DNA of 11,747 nt. Source: a virus (lineage: Duplodnaviria > Heunggongvirae > Uroviricota > Caudoviricetes). Below the pieces are notes generated by a model that saw only the letters and a program-made list of their open reading frames with translations, had not been told where the DNA came from and did no database searches. The translations under genes and the position numbers were made by a program. Below are positions 1 through 7,465 of this stretch, piece after piece (position 1 is the first letter of the stretch; the number at the start of each line of letters is the position of its first letter). Location of the stretch: IMG/VR virus record IMGVR_UViG_2671180828_000003, one strand, 5' to 3'.

Positions 1-259
1 TACATGAGAAGAATAAGCTATAGGTCTTTCTTTTAAAGTTTTATTTATTGCATTAGTGCCTTTATCTTTTTGTACTTTGTAGGTAGTGGAAGTAAAGGTA
101 ATGAAAGGAAGAAAAGAATGAGCTGCAACAGCTCGAGGGTTTGTTACTATGTCTAAAGCGTGTTCAATGGAAATTGGCTTATCGAAATGAAGATAACCAC
201 GCTTCCTAAACCAAGGATGTTCACGGGATTCCATTTTGTGAATTCTCAAAATTGTGAAA

Positions 260-305
260 CCGGGGCAATTTCGAACTGCGGTCGTTCAGAAAAACATTGC
301 CCCGG
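260..305. repeat. Perfect 10-bp inverted repeat with a 26-nt spacer holding a nested 4-bp hairpin
   Basis: CCGGGGCAAT (260-269) and ATTGCCCCGG (296-305); the spacer contains GAAC-tgcggtc-GTTC. On the minus strand it is followed by TTTCACAATTTTG. Confidence 0.6.
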
Positions 306-394
306 CTTAACAAAGTGGTCTTTATCCAACCTTCTCATACACATAGCACTACAAGTAGGCTAAGTGCATTTCACCGCAAATGTTAGAAACACTG

Positions 395-400
395 TATAAT
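395..400 (+). promoter_or_regulatory. Consensus -10 hexamer TATAAT (candidate plus-strand promoter)
   Basis: Exact TATAAT in an AT-rich context, preceded by TG at 393-394; no good -35 (TTTCAC lies 20 nt upstream). About 15 nt upstream of GGAG and an ATG. Confidence 0.25.
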
Positions 401-424
401 GTAATCAGTATCATGGAGACCGTT

Positions 425-526
425 ATGAGCATCGTCCACCTGTTAATCAGCCTCTGGGAGGTATTCAGCGAAGGTCGCTGTCCGAGAGTTGACAACCTGT
501 ACATCACCCCTAAGCCTTACGCTTAG
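425..526 (+). CDS. Candidate small ORF (33 aa) with hydrophobic N-terminus; unknown function
   Basis: GGAG (415-418), 6-nt spacer, ATG 425; product MSIVHLLISLWEVFSEGRCPRVDNLYITPKPYA. The stop TAG lies in the 3' arm of hairpin CCCTAAGC-CTTAC-GCTTAGGG (508-528). Below the track's size cutoff; coding status unproven. Confidence 0.2.
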   Translation: MSIVHLLISLWEVFSEGRCPRVDNLYITPKPYA

Positions 527-682
527 GGCGATTAATTTATAGCATTTAGTAATGCTTAGTGACAAGTAGAATTTCAATAACATGGCCAATTTTTATATTC
601 ATAACTGTCATAATTTAAATGAGATCAATATTACTTCAGCTTATCTCCAAACTATCGATATAAAAACGATTCCGGCCCAATG

Positions 683-713
683 AGAAAGCCCCGCATATGC
701 GGGGCTTTCTTTT
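683..713. terminator. Strong hairpin terminator between ogr and the AT-rich flank, possibly bidirectional
   Basis: AGAAAGCCCCGC-ATAT-GCGGGGCTTTCT, a perfect 12-bp stem. The plus strand follows with TTTGG (T-tract TTTCTTTTGG); the minus strand follows with CATTGG (weaker tract). Starts 3 nt after the ogr stop. Confidence 0.7.
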
Positions 714-715
714 GG

Positions 716-937
716 TCACTGCCAGTGCATTTGTTGCTGGCCTGAAGATGAAGGGTGCGGTGCCGCTGGTACTACAACCCCCGGCGATACGATAAAGCGC
801 TCGACCGTCTCAGTGGTAACAAACGTCGCGCTGCAGTTGATGTTTGTGCACTGGTGATAGCGCTCTTTGGTCGTGTCAGTAAAATAGCGACTTGTGCGGG
901 CGTGAGCGGCAAAATGGCATTTTGGACAGTGAAACAT
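716..937 (-). CDS. ogr: Ogr/Delta-family zinc-finger late transcription activator
   Basis: 73-aa product MFHCPKCHFAAHARTSRYFTDTTKERYHQCTNINCSATF... with a CxxC...CxxxxC motif, matching my recollection of P2 Ogr (72 aa). ATG at 937..935 has a GAGGTG Shine-Dalgarno 6 nt upstream; the track ORF starts at GTG 946, which I consider a less likely start. Sits immediately downstream of D as in P2. Confidence 0.85.
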   Translation of the reverse strand: MFHCPKCHFAAHARTSRYFTDTTKERYHQCTNINCSATFVTTETVERFIVSPGVVVPAAPHPSSSGQQQMHWQ

Positions 938-964
938 GGCGAGCACCTCATTTATTTTCCGATG

Positions 965-1000
965 CGCTAATTTTACTCAATTTATCTTTATATAACAAAC
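965..1000 (-). promoter_or_regulatory. Candidate sigma70-type promoter for ogr in the AT-rich D-ogr gap
   Basis: On the minus strand: TTGTTA (993-998), a 17-nt spacer, then TAAAAT (970-975), about 30 nt upstream of the ogr Shine-Dalgarno. No hairpin separates D from ogr, so read-through from the FI operon is also possible. Pattern match only. Confidence 0.35.
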
Positions 1001-1013
1001 ACATAAAAATAAA

Positions 1014-2183
1014 TCACTGCGTTAATTCTTCGCTTTCGTACTCCACATCCGAAACCTTAACCTCAAGCTCTAAGCCCGTCGTGTAGCCGCTCCCGTTGAG
1101 GTTATGCACCACCCTACTGATTATCCACGCCTGATCGTCTATGACACGCTTAAACCCTTTCACCGCGACTGGCGTTTCAGGAAATAAATCTGCCCGGCCA
1201 ATCGCCAGCGAAATTGAAAACTCCGCGACACCTCGCTGCAGCTTGTCCCACTTCGCCTGAGCGGCGCGCATGGCCTGCGCCTTTGTCGCGTAAATGGTCG
1301 TCAGCTCCAGCACGTTGTCAGCCTCACCGGCCATATACTCACCCTCGCGCGCTTCCTGCTCTTTTTTGGCTATGGCCTTTGCCGGTGCTTTGGTCGCTTT
1401 CGGGTGCTGCAGCGCGCGGAGGTGTTGCTCTTTGGGCTTTCTCTTGAGCTTCACCTTTTGCTTTTGCGGCTTTGGGTCTTTGGTGTGCAGCCACTTTGCC
1501 GTAACGCCGGTGTAGGCTTCCCGGTCAGCAATGGCAAACTGATGACGATCGCCGTCCCCGCGCTCAAGCGTCATCTGCGGAATGGGCTTTCCGCTGGCAG
1601 TCTTACCGCTCCCCGCTTTCAGGAATAACAGTTTCCCTGCTTTTACCGAAACCGACGCCCCGTTCCGTTCCGCCAGGCGGGACAGAAACACCGCGTCTGA
1701 TTCCTGCGACTGGTCAATGTGAGGCACGGCGACGGCTTTCAGCATGTCGGCCACGCTGGCCGTCAGCTTATTGCGTGCCGCAATCGTCTCCACAATTTGC
1801 CCGAGCGTGGTGTCGTGCCATGACTGTTCCCGGCGAGAGTTCAGCGACCCGCGAAAATCGGCGCTTCGCCCCCGGATGGTAAGCGTATCAGGCGCGCCCC
1901 TGTGCTCGATTTCGTCGACCGTGAACGTCCCTTTTTTTATCAGCGCGGAATCCTGCCAGCCTAACCACAGCGTCAACGTTGCGCCACGCGGTGGCAAAGC
2001 TATCTGACCGTCAGTGTCATCGAGCTCGATATCGAGCTGGTCGGCCTCGAATCCGCGATTGTCGGTCATGGTCAGGCTGATAAGGCGGTTACTAAAATCC
2101 TGCGTGATATCGTCGTTATCCAGCTTGAGCATAAACGCCGGGGCTATCTTCGCCCCGGCCTGAATATTCATACCCGTAATCAT
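1014..2183 (-). CDS. D: Tail protein D (late control gene D family)
   Basis: 389-aa ORF, the last large gene of the FI-FII-E-T-U-D operon. Its ATG overlaps the U stop (ATGA), indicating translational coupling. Length and position match P2 gpD. Confidence 0.85.
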   Translation of the reverse strand: MITGMNIQAGAKIAPAFMLKLDNDDITQDFSNRLISLTMTDNRGFEADQLDIELDDTDGQIALPPRGATLTLWLGWQDSALIKKGTFTVDEIEHRGAPDTLTIRGRSADFRGSLNSRREQSWHDTTLGQIVETIAARNKLTASVADMLKAVAVPHIDQSQESDAVFLSRLAERNGASVSVKAGKLLFLKAGSGKTASGKPIPQMTLERGDGDRHQFAIADREAYTGVTAKWLHTKDPKPQKQKVKLKRKPKEQHLRALQHPKATKAPAKAIAKKEQEAREGEYMAGEADNVLELTTIYATKAQAMRAAQAKWDKLQRGVAEFSISLAIGRADLFPETPVAVKGFKRVIDDQAWIISRVVHNLNGSGYTTGLELEVKVSDVEYESEELTQ

Positions 2184-2644
2184 CCCGCCAGCCCTCCCAG
2201 CCAGTCACCGGCAGACGTGACCAGATTGTCAGCCTGCGTTTTCAGGTCGCCATAAATGGCCGCCAGCGATTTATCGACCCGCTTAAGCGAAAGGCTAAAC
2301 TCGATTTTTCTCGCCGCTCCGTCGCTGAATAGCTCGGTGTGCGTGTGCGTCACTTTGTCGATGACATACATGCCGTGGATCATGCCCGTTCCGTCAATCA
2401 GCGGCCACGCGCGCCCCTCGTCTGCCATCAGCTCGATGGCGGTCAGTGACAGACGCCCCCCGGTAATTTCGGGATAGAGCACGCCCGACAGCGTGCGCGT
2501 GGTTTCACCTTCCCCGAGATACTGGTAAGCCGGTGGCTTGCCGATACGGTCGTTTGACGCCCAGCGGTAATCCTTTGAATACTGCATGGACTGATAGGGC
2601 AGCGTGCGGCGCTCAAACACAAACAAACCTAAAACCATTAACAT
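2180..2644 (-). CDS. U: Tail protein U (tail tube terminator / tail completion)
   Basis: 154-aa product starting MLMVLGLFVFERRTLPYQSMQYSKDYRW..., closely resembling recalled P2 gpU. A GGGGGA Shine-Dalgarno sits 6 nt upstream; the gene lies 12 nt downstream of the T stop. Confidence 0.85.
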   Translation of the reverse strand: MLMVLGLFVFERRTLPYQSMQYSKDYRWASNDRIGKPPAYQYLGEGETTRTLSGVLYPEITGGRLSLTAIELMADEGRAWPLIDGTGMIHGMYVIDKVTHTHTELFSDGAARKIEFSLSLKRVDKSLAAIYGDLKTQADNLVTSAGDWLGGLAG

Positions 2645-2656
2645 GCTTTATCCCCC

Positions 2657-5104
2657 TCAGTCATGGCGCATACTTGAGCGCTTACGCGCACGGTTTTCAC
2701 GGTCGAATCTATCGACAGCCTCGCGGAGTTGCCGGTCAAGGTCGCTGCCCGGCGCGATGCCACCATTCAGGTTGATGTTATATTCAGGCTTGCTCTGGTC
2801 GACGTAAGTCTTACCAGTGGGTGCTGTTACCGGCTGATATGCCTGATAACCGCCATATGCTGAGGTTGCCGGAATATAAGCCCCATTTTGCGAGCCGGTG
2901 GCGGCACTGGCTTTAGCGGCCTTCTGGTCAAGGTCGCTCGATTCTTTATTGATAACCCCGAGCTTTTCCAACAGCCAGTTAACGCCGGTGCGCAATGTAT
3001 TAAAGCTTTTGAGCGGTAACATCAGCGCTTCGGCCAGCATCTTACCGAACATCACACCCGCATTTTTGCAGCTGTCGAGCGTCTCCTGCGTCGACTTAAC
3101 CGGGGCTATCAGGTCTTTAAACCACTGCCATGCCGCTTTCAGTTTGTCACCCAGCCAGTCAAAAACCGGCTTTAACGGTTCGAATAGTTCCACTACAGGG
3201 GCAAAAGCCTGCTTTAGCCCCTCCATTACGCCTGAGAAAAACGCGCTTATGGGCTCCCAGTATTTGCGGATAAGCAGCGCACCGGCGACGATGGCAACGC
3301 CAATAGCCACTATCGGCCAGGTAAGCGCCCCGAGCACGGCCATAATGGCACCACCCACCACCGAGAAAATCGTTCCTAGCAGCGATGCACCGGCTATTAA
3401 CATATTAATGCCGGTAATAACCGGCCAGGCAACGAGACCAATTGCCCCGAGGATGCCAATAATTGCCAGTGCACCGCCTGCGATGATGCCGATGGTTTGC
3501 GCCAGCCCCTGATTTTTCTGGATCCAGCCGTCGAGCTTTAACACATATTTCGTGGCGGTCTGGGTGAGCTTTCGCAGTGAGCCCTCCTGCTGGTCAAACA
3601 GGTCAGTACCGACGGCCTCATAGGCTGACTGGAATTCTTTGAAGTCACCGCCGAGGTTGTCCTGCATAATTTTAACGAGCTCAGCGGTTTTCCCGTCCGA
3701 GGCTTTAAACGCCGCCGTGAGCTGGTCGAGCTTGCCGCTTGAGGCAGCGGTCATCAGTACCGCCGCCGCCGAGCTGGCTTCCTCACCAAAGATGGTTTTC
3801 ATGTACTCGCCTTTCTGGCTTGTTCCGAGATTATTTTTCTCAAAACTGCGCTGCATTTCTTTCAGAATGGCGAATATCGGGCGCGTGTTGCCCTTGCTGT
3901 CAGACGTTTTAACGCCGAGCTCTTTGATAGCCTCGTATGCCTTACCGGTCGGAGCCTGCAGGCGACTCAGGACGGCACGGCTGCCCGTCCCCGCCATCGA
4001 GCCGGTGATTTTGGCGTCATGGAGCGCGCCGACCATTGCGGCGGTCTGCTCGATACTGACCCCGGCATTTTTTGCCACCGGCGCAGCATACGTCAGCGCG
4101 TCGCTCAGCCCGTCAAAGTCAGCAGCCGTTTTGTTCATGGTCATCGACAGCACGTCGCCGATGTGTGCGATCTGGTCGTTTGACATCTGAAACGCGGATT
4201 TCATACCCGTCAGCAGCGCGGCGTTTTCTTCCATCGAGCGACGGTTAGACAGCGCCATATTCAGCGTGACCGGCGTCGCCGCCTGAATCGCTGCGGCATC
4301 CCCGCCGCTTTTCGCAATGATAATCTGCGCGCTCGCCGCATCATCTGCAGACGCAGCGGTATTATCCCCGAGCTGGCGCGCCTGTTTGCGCAGCGCCTCC
4401 ATTTCGGGTGACTGTTTATCAACGCCGAGCACGGCCTGCAGCTCAGAGTTTTTCTGTGCAAACTCATAACCGGGCGAGAGTAATTTCACTCCGGCCATTG
4501 TTCCCGCAGTGGCGATACCGACGCCCGCCGCGCCTGCCGCTGCAGCGCCTCCGGCAAGGGATTTACCGGCCTGATAACGCTCTTTAACGCGACTGAGTCG
4601 CGCCTGCTGTTGACTGACCCGCGCCAGTGCCTCGCGCTGCCGGTTAAGTTGCGCGGTCGTCTCACTGATGCTGGTTTTCAGGCGGCGCTCATCCGCCGAG
4701 AGAGTACGGGAGTTAATCCCGGCCTGCGCGAGCTCGGTGCGCTGGCGCTGTACCGACTGCCTGAGGCTGTTGTATTTGAGCTGCAGGTCAGCGGCGGATT
4801 TCTTTGCCGCCTCCATCGCGCGCGCCTGCGCGGTTGTAGGGTTCTGCGTGTTTTTAAACTGGACGGCCAGCGCGGCGGCTTCCTGTTTCGCCTTGTTAAG
4901 CGACTGGCCTGTCACGGCAAGCTGTGCGCTCGCTTTCCTGAATCCGTCAATTCGTCCAGCCTGCGCATTCAGATCGCGCAGGCTGTTCTGAGAAGTGCGG
5001 ATATCGCCAGCAAGGGTCTTGCTGGCAGTCTGGATAGCTTTGAGCGGTCGGCTTGCCCGGTCTACTGCGTTCAGCAGTACCTCAATCCTGACGTTATTGC
5101 TCAT
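2657..5104 (-). CDS. T: Tail tape measure protein
   Basis: 815-aa ORF. The N-terminal half is rich in A/Q/R/L/K, consistent with coiled coil; a Gly/Ala/Ile-rich hydrophobic segment sits mid-protein. It follows E/E' and precedes U, the canonical tape-measure position. Confidence 0.9.
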   Translation of the reverse strand: MSNNVRIEVLLNAVDRASRPLKAIQTASKTLAGDIRTSQNSLRDLNAQAGRIDGFRKASAQLAVTGQSLNKAKQEAAALAVQFKNTQNPTTAQARAMEAAKKSAADLQLKYNSLRQSVQRQRTELAQAGINSRTLSADERRLKTSISETTAQLNRQREALARVSQQQARLSRVKERYQAGKSLAGGAAAAGAAGVGIATAGTMAGVKLLSPGYEFAQKNSELQAVLGVDKQSPEMEALRKQARQLGDNTAASADDAASAQIIIAKSGGDAAAIQAATPVTLNMALSNRRSMEENAALLTGMKSAFQMSNDQIAHIGDVLSMTMNKTAADFDGLSDALTYAAPVAKNAGVSIEQTAAMVGALHDAKITGSMAGTGSRAVLSRLQAPTGKAYEAIKELGVKTSDSKGNTRPIFAILKEMQRSFEKNNLGTSQKGEYMKTIFGEEASSAAAVLMTAASSGKLDQLTAAFKASDGKTAELVKIMQDNLGGDFKEFQSAYEAVGTDLFDQQEGSLRKLTQTATKYVLKLDGWIQKNQGLAQTIGIIAGGALAIIGILGAIGLVAWPVITGINMLIAGASLLGTIFSVVGGAIMAVLGALTWPIVAIGVAIVAGALLIRKYWEPISAFFSGVMEGLKQAFAPVVELFEPLKPVFDWLGDKLKAAWQWFKDLIAPVKSTQETLDSCKNAGVMFGKMLAEALMLPLKSFNTLRTGVNWLLEKLGVINKESSDLDQKAAKASAATGSQNGAYIPATSAYGGYQAYQPVTAPTGKTYVDQSKPEYNINLNGGIAPGSDLDRQLREAVDRFDRENRARKRSSMRHD

Positions 5105-5557
5105 GGTGGTGTCCGCTTCGCTGCAGCGCCTTTTCGCGCCATGTGATGAGCTCGGTCACGCTCAGGGAATTCAGCTCTGATGGCGGCCAGTGAAATATCA
5201 CCGCGATATCCGCCATCAGGTCATCGACCGAAAGGTTGTCCGGGAACGTCAGCGAGCCGAAGATGGCGACAAAAAACCGACCACCTTACCGGCGAACAAA
5301 ATCAGGTCTGATGCTTCCAGACGCATGACCTCGGGCTCGGTCAGCGCCGGGTACGTCATGCGCGGCAGCACCTTAATCAGCGCATCGACGTCAGAGTTTG
5401 CCAGCGAGGCCAGACTCACACCGCGCAGAGTACCGGCGTTGGGTTTGGACACGGTCACCTGTTCGATTTTTTGCTCACCGCGCATGATTGGATTATCGAG
5501 GATCACAATGTTTGGGTTTTCGGTTTCGATGGTGGCGGTTTCGTTGATGTTTTCCAT
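5094..5557 (-). CDS. E': E+E' fusion product made by programmed -1 ribosomal frameshift (about 154 aa)
   Basis: Hand translation of the -1 frame after the heptamer at 5270-5276 gives an open extension VAIFGSLTFPDNLSVDDLMADIAVIFHWPPSELNSLSVTELITWREKALQRSGHHHEQ, ending at TAA 5096..5094, which overlaps the first codons of T. Confidence 0.7.
5249..5557 (-). CDS. E: Tail assembly chaperone E
   Basis: 102-aa ORF directly upstream of T. Its 3' end contains the slippery heptamer T_TTT_TTG, the P2 E/E' arrangement. Confidence 0.85.
   Translation of the reverse strand: MENINETATIETENPNIVILDNPIMRGEQKIEQVTVSKPNAGTLRGVSLASLANSDVDALIKVLPRMTYPALTEPEVMRLEASDLILFAGKVVGFLSPSSAR
5270..5276 (-). other. Slippery heptamer T_TTT_TTG (programmed -1 frameshift site)
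   Basis: Minus-strand sequence GG TTTTTT G; in the E frame the codons are GGT TTT TTG, giving the X_XXY_YYZ pattern, 22 codons before the E stop. Confidence 0.7.
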
Positions 5558-5617
5558 GATGTTGCTCTCTTTGAATGTGAGTAAGTGACCGGCCAGCCTG
5601 GCTGACCGGTTAACGGG

Positions 5618-6136
5618 TTACAGGCCAATCGCCCGGCGGTGCTCAGCGAGACGGTCAACGCCGTCGACTTTCATCACCATGTTGACGACGTCAATCTCGA
5701 TGACCTCTTTGCCGTCAATCGTGAGCTGGTAATACGAGCACTCGGTCGCGATTTTGGTCGTGCCGCTTTCGCCCTGTTTGTTCTCGCCGCCGTCGTACTC
5801 CTTGTGACGGCCACGCATGACCACCTCAACGGCGGAAATTGCGCCGGTATCATCGCGCTGGAATGAGCCGGTGAAGCGCAGCGGCACGCTGTCGGCACCC
5901 GGTGACGCATACTGCGCCCACAGCGCGACGTCAGGCAGGCCGCCCAGCGTCCACTCAAGCGACAGCGCGTCGTCGTCGAGGCCGAGGTCAATAGACACCG
6001 AGCCCGGCATCCCGCCGCCGCGATATTTCTCAAGCTTGCGGGTCAGCTTTGGCAGGGTGACGGATTCAACGACGCCCATGTAGCTGAGACCGTCGTTAAA
6101 CATGTTCAGGTATTTCAGTTTGCGTGGTAACGCCAT
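5618..6136 (-). CDS. FII: Tail tube protein
   Basis: 172-aa product MALPRKLKYLNMFNDGLSYMGVVESVTLPKLTRKLEKYRGGGM..., strongly resembling recalled P2 gpFII (also 172 aa); lies directly downstream of the sheath gene. Confidence 0.9.
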   Translation of the reverse strand: MALPRKLKYLNMFNDGLSYMGVVESVTLPKLTRKLEKYRGGGMPGSVSIDLGLDDDALSLEWTLGGLPDVALWAQYASPGADSVPLRFTGSFQRDDTGAISAVEVVMRGRHKEYDGGENKQGESGTTKIATECSYYQLTIDGKEVIEIDVVNMVMKVDGVDRLAEHRRAIGL

Positions 6137-6148
6137 GCTCTGAGCTCC

Positions 6149-7342
6149 TTAGCTGTTGACCGAGTCTGACAGGTCTGCCAGATAGGTATCGGTGATGCGC
6201 TGGCGCAGGGTCAGGTTTTCCAGCGGCGGGACGGGGGTGTAGTCGTAATCGATATACAGTTTCCCGGCTTTGAGGGTTTCCACGCTGTTTGACTCCGGGT
6301 CGTACCAGCAGGAGCCGTCAACGATATAGCCGTTGTTTTTCAGCTCGCGGAATTTGGCATTGATACCGGCGACGATGTCGCGGATGAGCGTTGCAGAAAC
6401 GGGCTTATCCATCGCCCACGCGTGCGCTTCCGCCATCGTGTCGGCCAGCACCTGCGCCGTGCGGGTGTAGTTTTCAAACACGAATAATGGATCGTCCGAG
6501 CAGGTTCGGTTACCCCAGAATTTAAAGCCATCGTTGCGGATGAGCGTTGTCACCCCGGCCTGATTCAGCAGGTTGGCGTCGGTGGCCTGCTCCTGCAAAT
6601 CCCATGAGACCGAGGCGCTGACGCCGGTGACGCCATTCACGCCGACGTTGGACAGCGTTTTGTGCCAGCCGGTATCCTGGTCGATTCTGGCGCGCAGGCC
6701 GAGCGCGCGGGCGGTCGCCCATGCAATATCGGTTTCGTTCGCCGTGGTGTCCCATGCCAGAAAATCAGGGTGAATGACCATGAGCTCGCGCTGGCTGAAG
6801 TTCTCACGGTATTTAATGGCGTCGGAAATGGTCTTGCAGCCCCACGCGCTCACATAGCCGAACGCGCGCAGGCTCTGGCAGGTCGACGCAAGAGCGGTCG
6901 CCACTTCCTGCGTATCCAGCCCCGGCACGCCGAGAATGCGCGGCTTAACACCGGTGACGGTTTTCGCTGTTAACAGCGCTTTCAGCCCGGTGTATTTGCC
7001 GTTTTCGTCGGTCGTGCCGATGATGTTGGAAATGGTTTCTTTCTGCGCCGCTTCCGGGTCTGACGGGTCGTCGACACCTTCGGGAACGCGCACCACCACA
7101 ATGACCGGCTTGCACTGGTCGGCAATGGCCTGCAGGGATTTTGCCAGCGTGCCTTTTTTACCGGCCTTACCGATCGCCGTTTGCACGCTGGTAATCAGCA
7201 CCGGCTCGTTCAGGGGGAATGTCTTTGCGTCAGCATCGCTGGCCGTGCAGACCATGCCGATGATGGCCGTCGAGACGGTGGAAATGGTGCGCGTGCCATC
7301 ATTAATCTCGATGACCTCGACGCCGTGATGATAGTCGCCCAT
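6149..7342 (-). CDS. FI: Contractile tail sheath protein
   Basis: 397-aa product from the internal ATG at 7342 (MGDYHHGVEVIEINDGTRTISTVSTAIIGMVCTASDADA...), matching recalled P2 gpFI (396 aa). GGAG sits 8 nt upstream. The track ORF extends to 7438, but that extension runs into the promoter/terminator region and is rejected. Confidence 0.9.
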   Translation of the reverse strand: MGDYHHGVEVIEINDGTRTISTVSTAIIGMVCTASDADAKTFPLNEPVLITSVQTAIGKAGKKGTLAKSLQAIADQCKPVIVVVRVPEGVDDPSDPEAAQKETISNIIGTTDENGKYTGLKALLTAKTVTGVKPRILGVPGLDTQEVATALASTCQSLRAFGYVSAWGCKTISDAIKYRENFSQRELMVIHPDFLAWDTTANETDIAWATARALGLRARIDQDTGWHKTLSNVGVNGVTGVSASVSWDLQEQATDANLLNQAGVTTLIRNDGFKFWGNRTCSDDPLFVFENYTRTAQVLADTMAEAHAWAMDKPVSATLIRDIVAGINAKFRELKNNGYIVDGSCWYDPESNSVETLKAGKLYIDYDYTPVPPLENLTLRQRITDTYLADLSDSVNS

Positions 7343-7378
7343 CTGTTTAACTCCGTGGTTAGGGGTGCGACTATTTTC

Positions 7379-7433
7379 TGTTGTGTGTCGCGCAGGCGCG
7401 ATGCAATGCCGTTGGTGGAGGGATAACACAACA
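7379..7433 (-). promoter_or_regulatory. Nested dyad symmetry in the G-FI gap; candidate late promoter or operator region for the FI operon
   Basis: 8-bp inverted-repeat arms TGTTGTGT (7379-7386) and ACACAACA (7426-7433) enclose an inner palindrome TCGCGC-AG-GCGCGA (7388-7401). Lies between the terminator after G and the FI Shine-Dalgarno. No exact TGT-N12-ACA Ogr site found. Confidence 0.3.
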
Positions 7434-7435
7434 TA

Positions 7436-7462
7436 CAAAAAAGCCCTCCGGGTGGAGGGCTT
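7436..7462 (-). terminator. Rho-independent terminator ending the V-W-J-I-H-G operon
   Basis: Minus strand reads AAGCCCTCC-ACCC-GGAGGGCTT followed by TTTTTTG: a 9-bp GC-rich stem, 4-nt loop and T-tract, starting 4 nt after the G stop. Confidence 0.75.
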
Positions 7463-7465
7463 CGT

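Noticed and set aside
160-363. Track ORF of 67 aa on the plus strand in the AT-rich flank
   Set aside because: GTG start without a Shine-Dalgarno, low-complexity product, and it runs straight through the 10-bp perfect inverted repeat at 260-305; more likely a chance open frame.
5094-5104. Possibility that the E' TAA overlapping the T start indicates a sequencing frameshift or pseudogene
   Set aside because: The overlap together with the upstream T_TTT_TTG heptamer is exactly the conserved P2 recoding arrangement; both E and T reading frames are intact.
2898-5146. Plus-strand ORFs of 107-204 aa inside the tape measure gene (2898-3512, 3639-4190, 4610-5146, 4668-4991)
   Set aside because: They are antisense to a confidently assigned GC-rich gene, have low-complexity A/S/P/R-rich translations and no ribosome-binding sites; this is the typical antisense open-frame artefact of high-GC coding DNA.
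7343-7438. N-terminal extension of the FI ORF back to ATG 7438 (MYVVLSLHQRHCIAPARHTTENSRTPNHGVKQ...)
   Set aside because: The extension runs through the promoter/dyad region and abuts the terminator; the internal ATG at 7342 has a GGAG Shine-Dalgarno and yields the conserved MGDYHHGV... N-terminus with the expected length.
7343-7465. Checked the G-FI junction for accessory cargo, because P2 itself carries the Z/fun exclusion gene here and P2-like prophages often hold variable defence cargo at this position
   Set aside because: Only 123 bp separate G and FI, fully accounted for by a terminator and the promoter region; there is no room for an ORF, so the hotspot is empty in this element.
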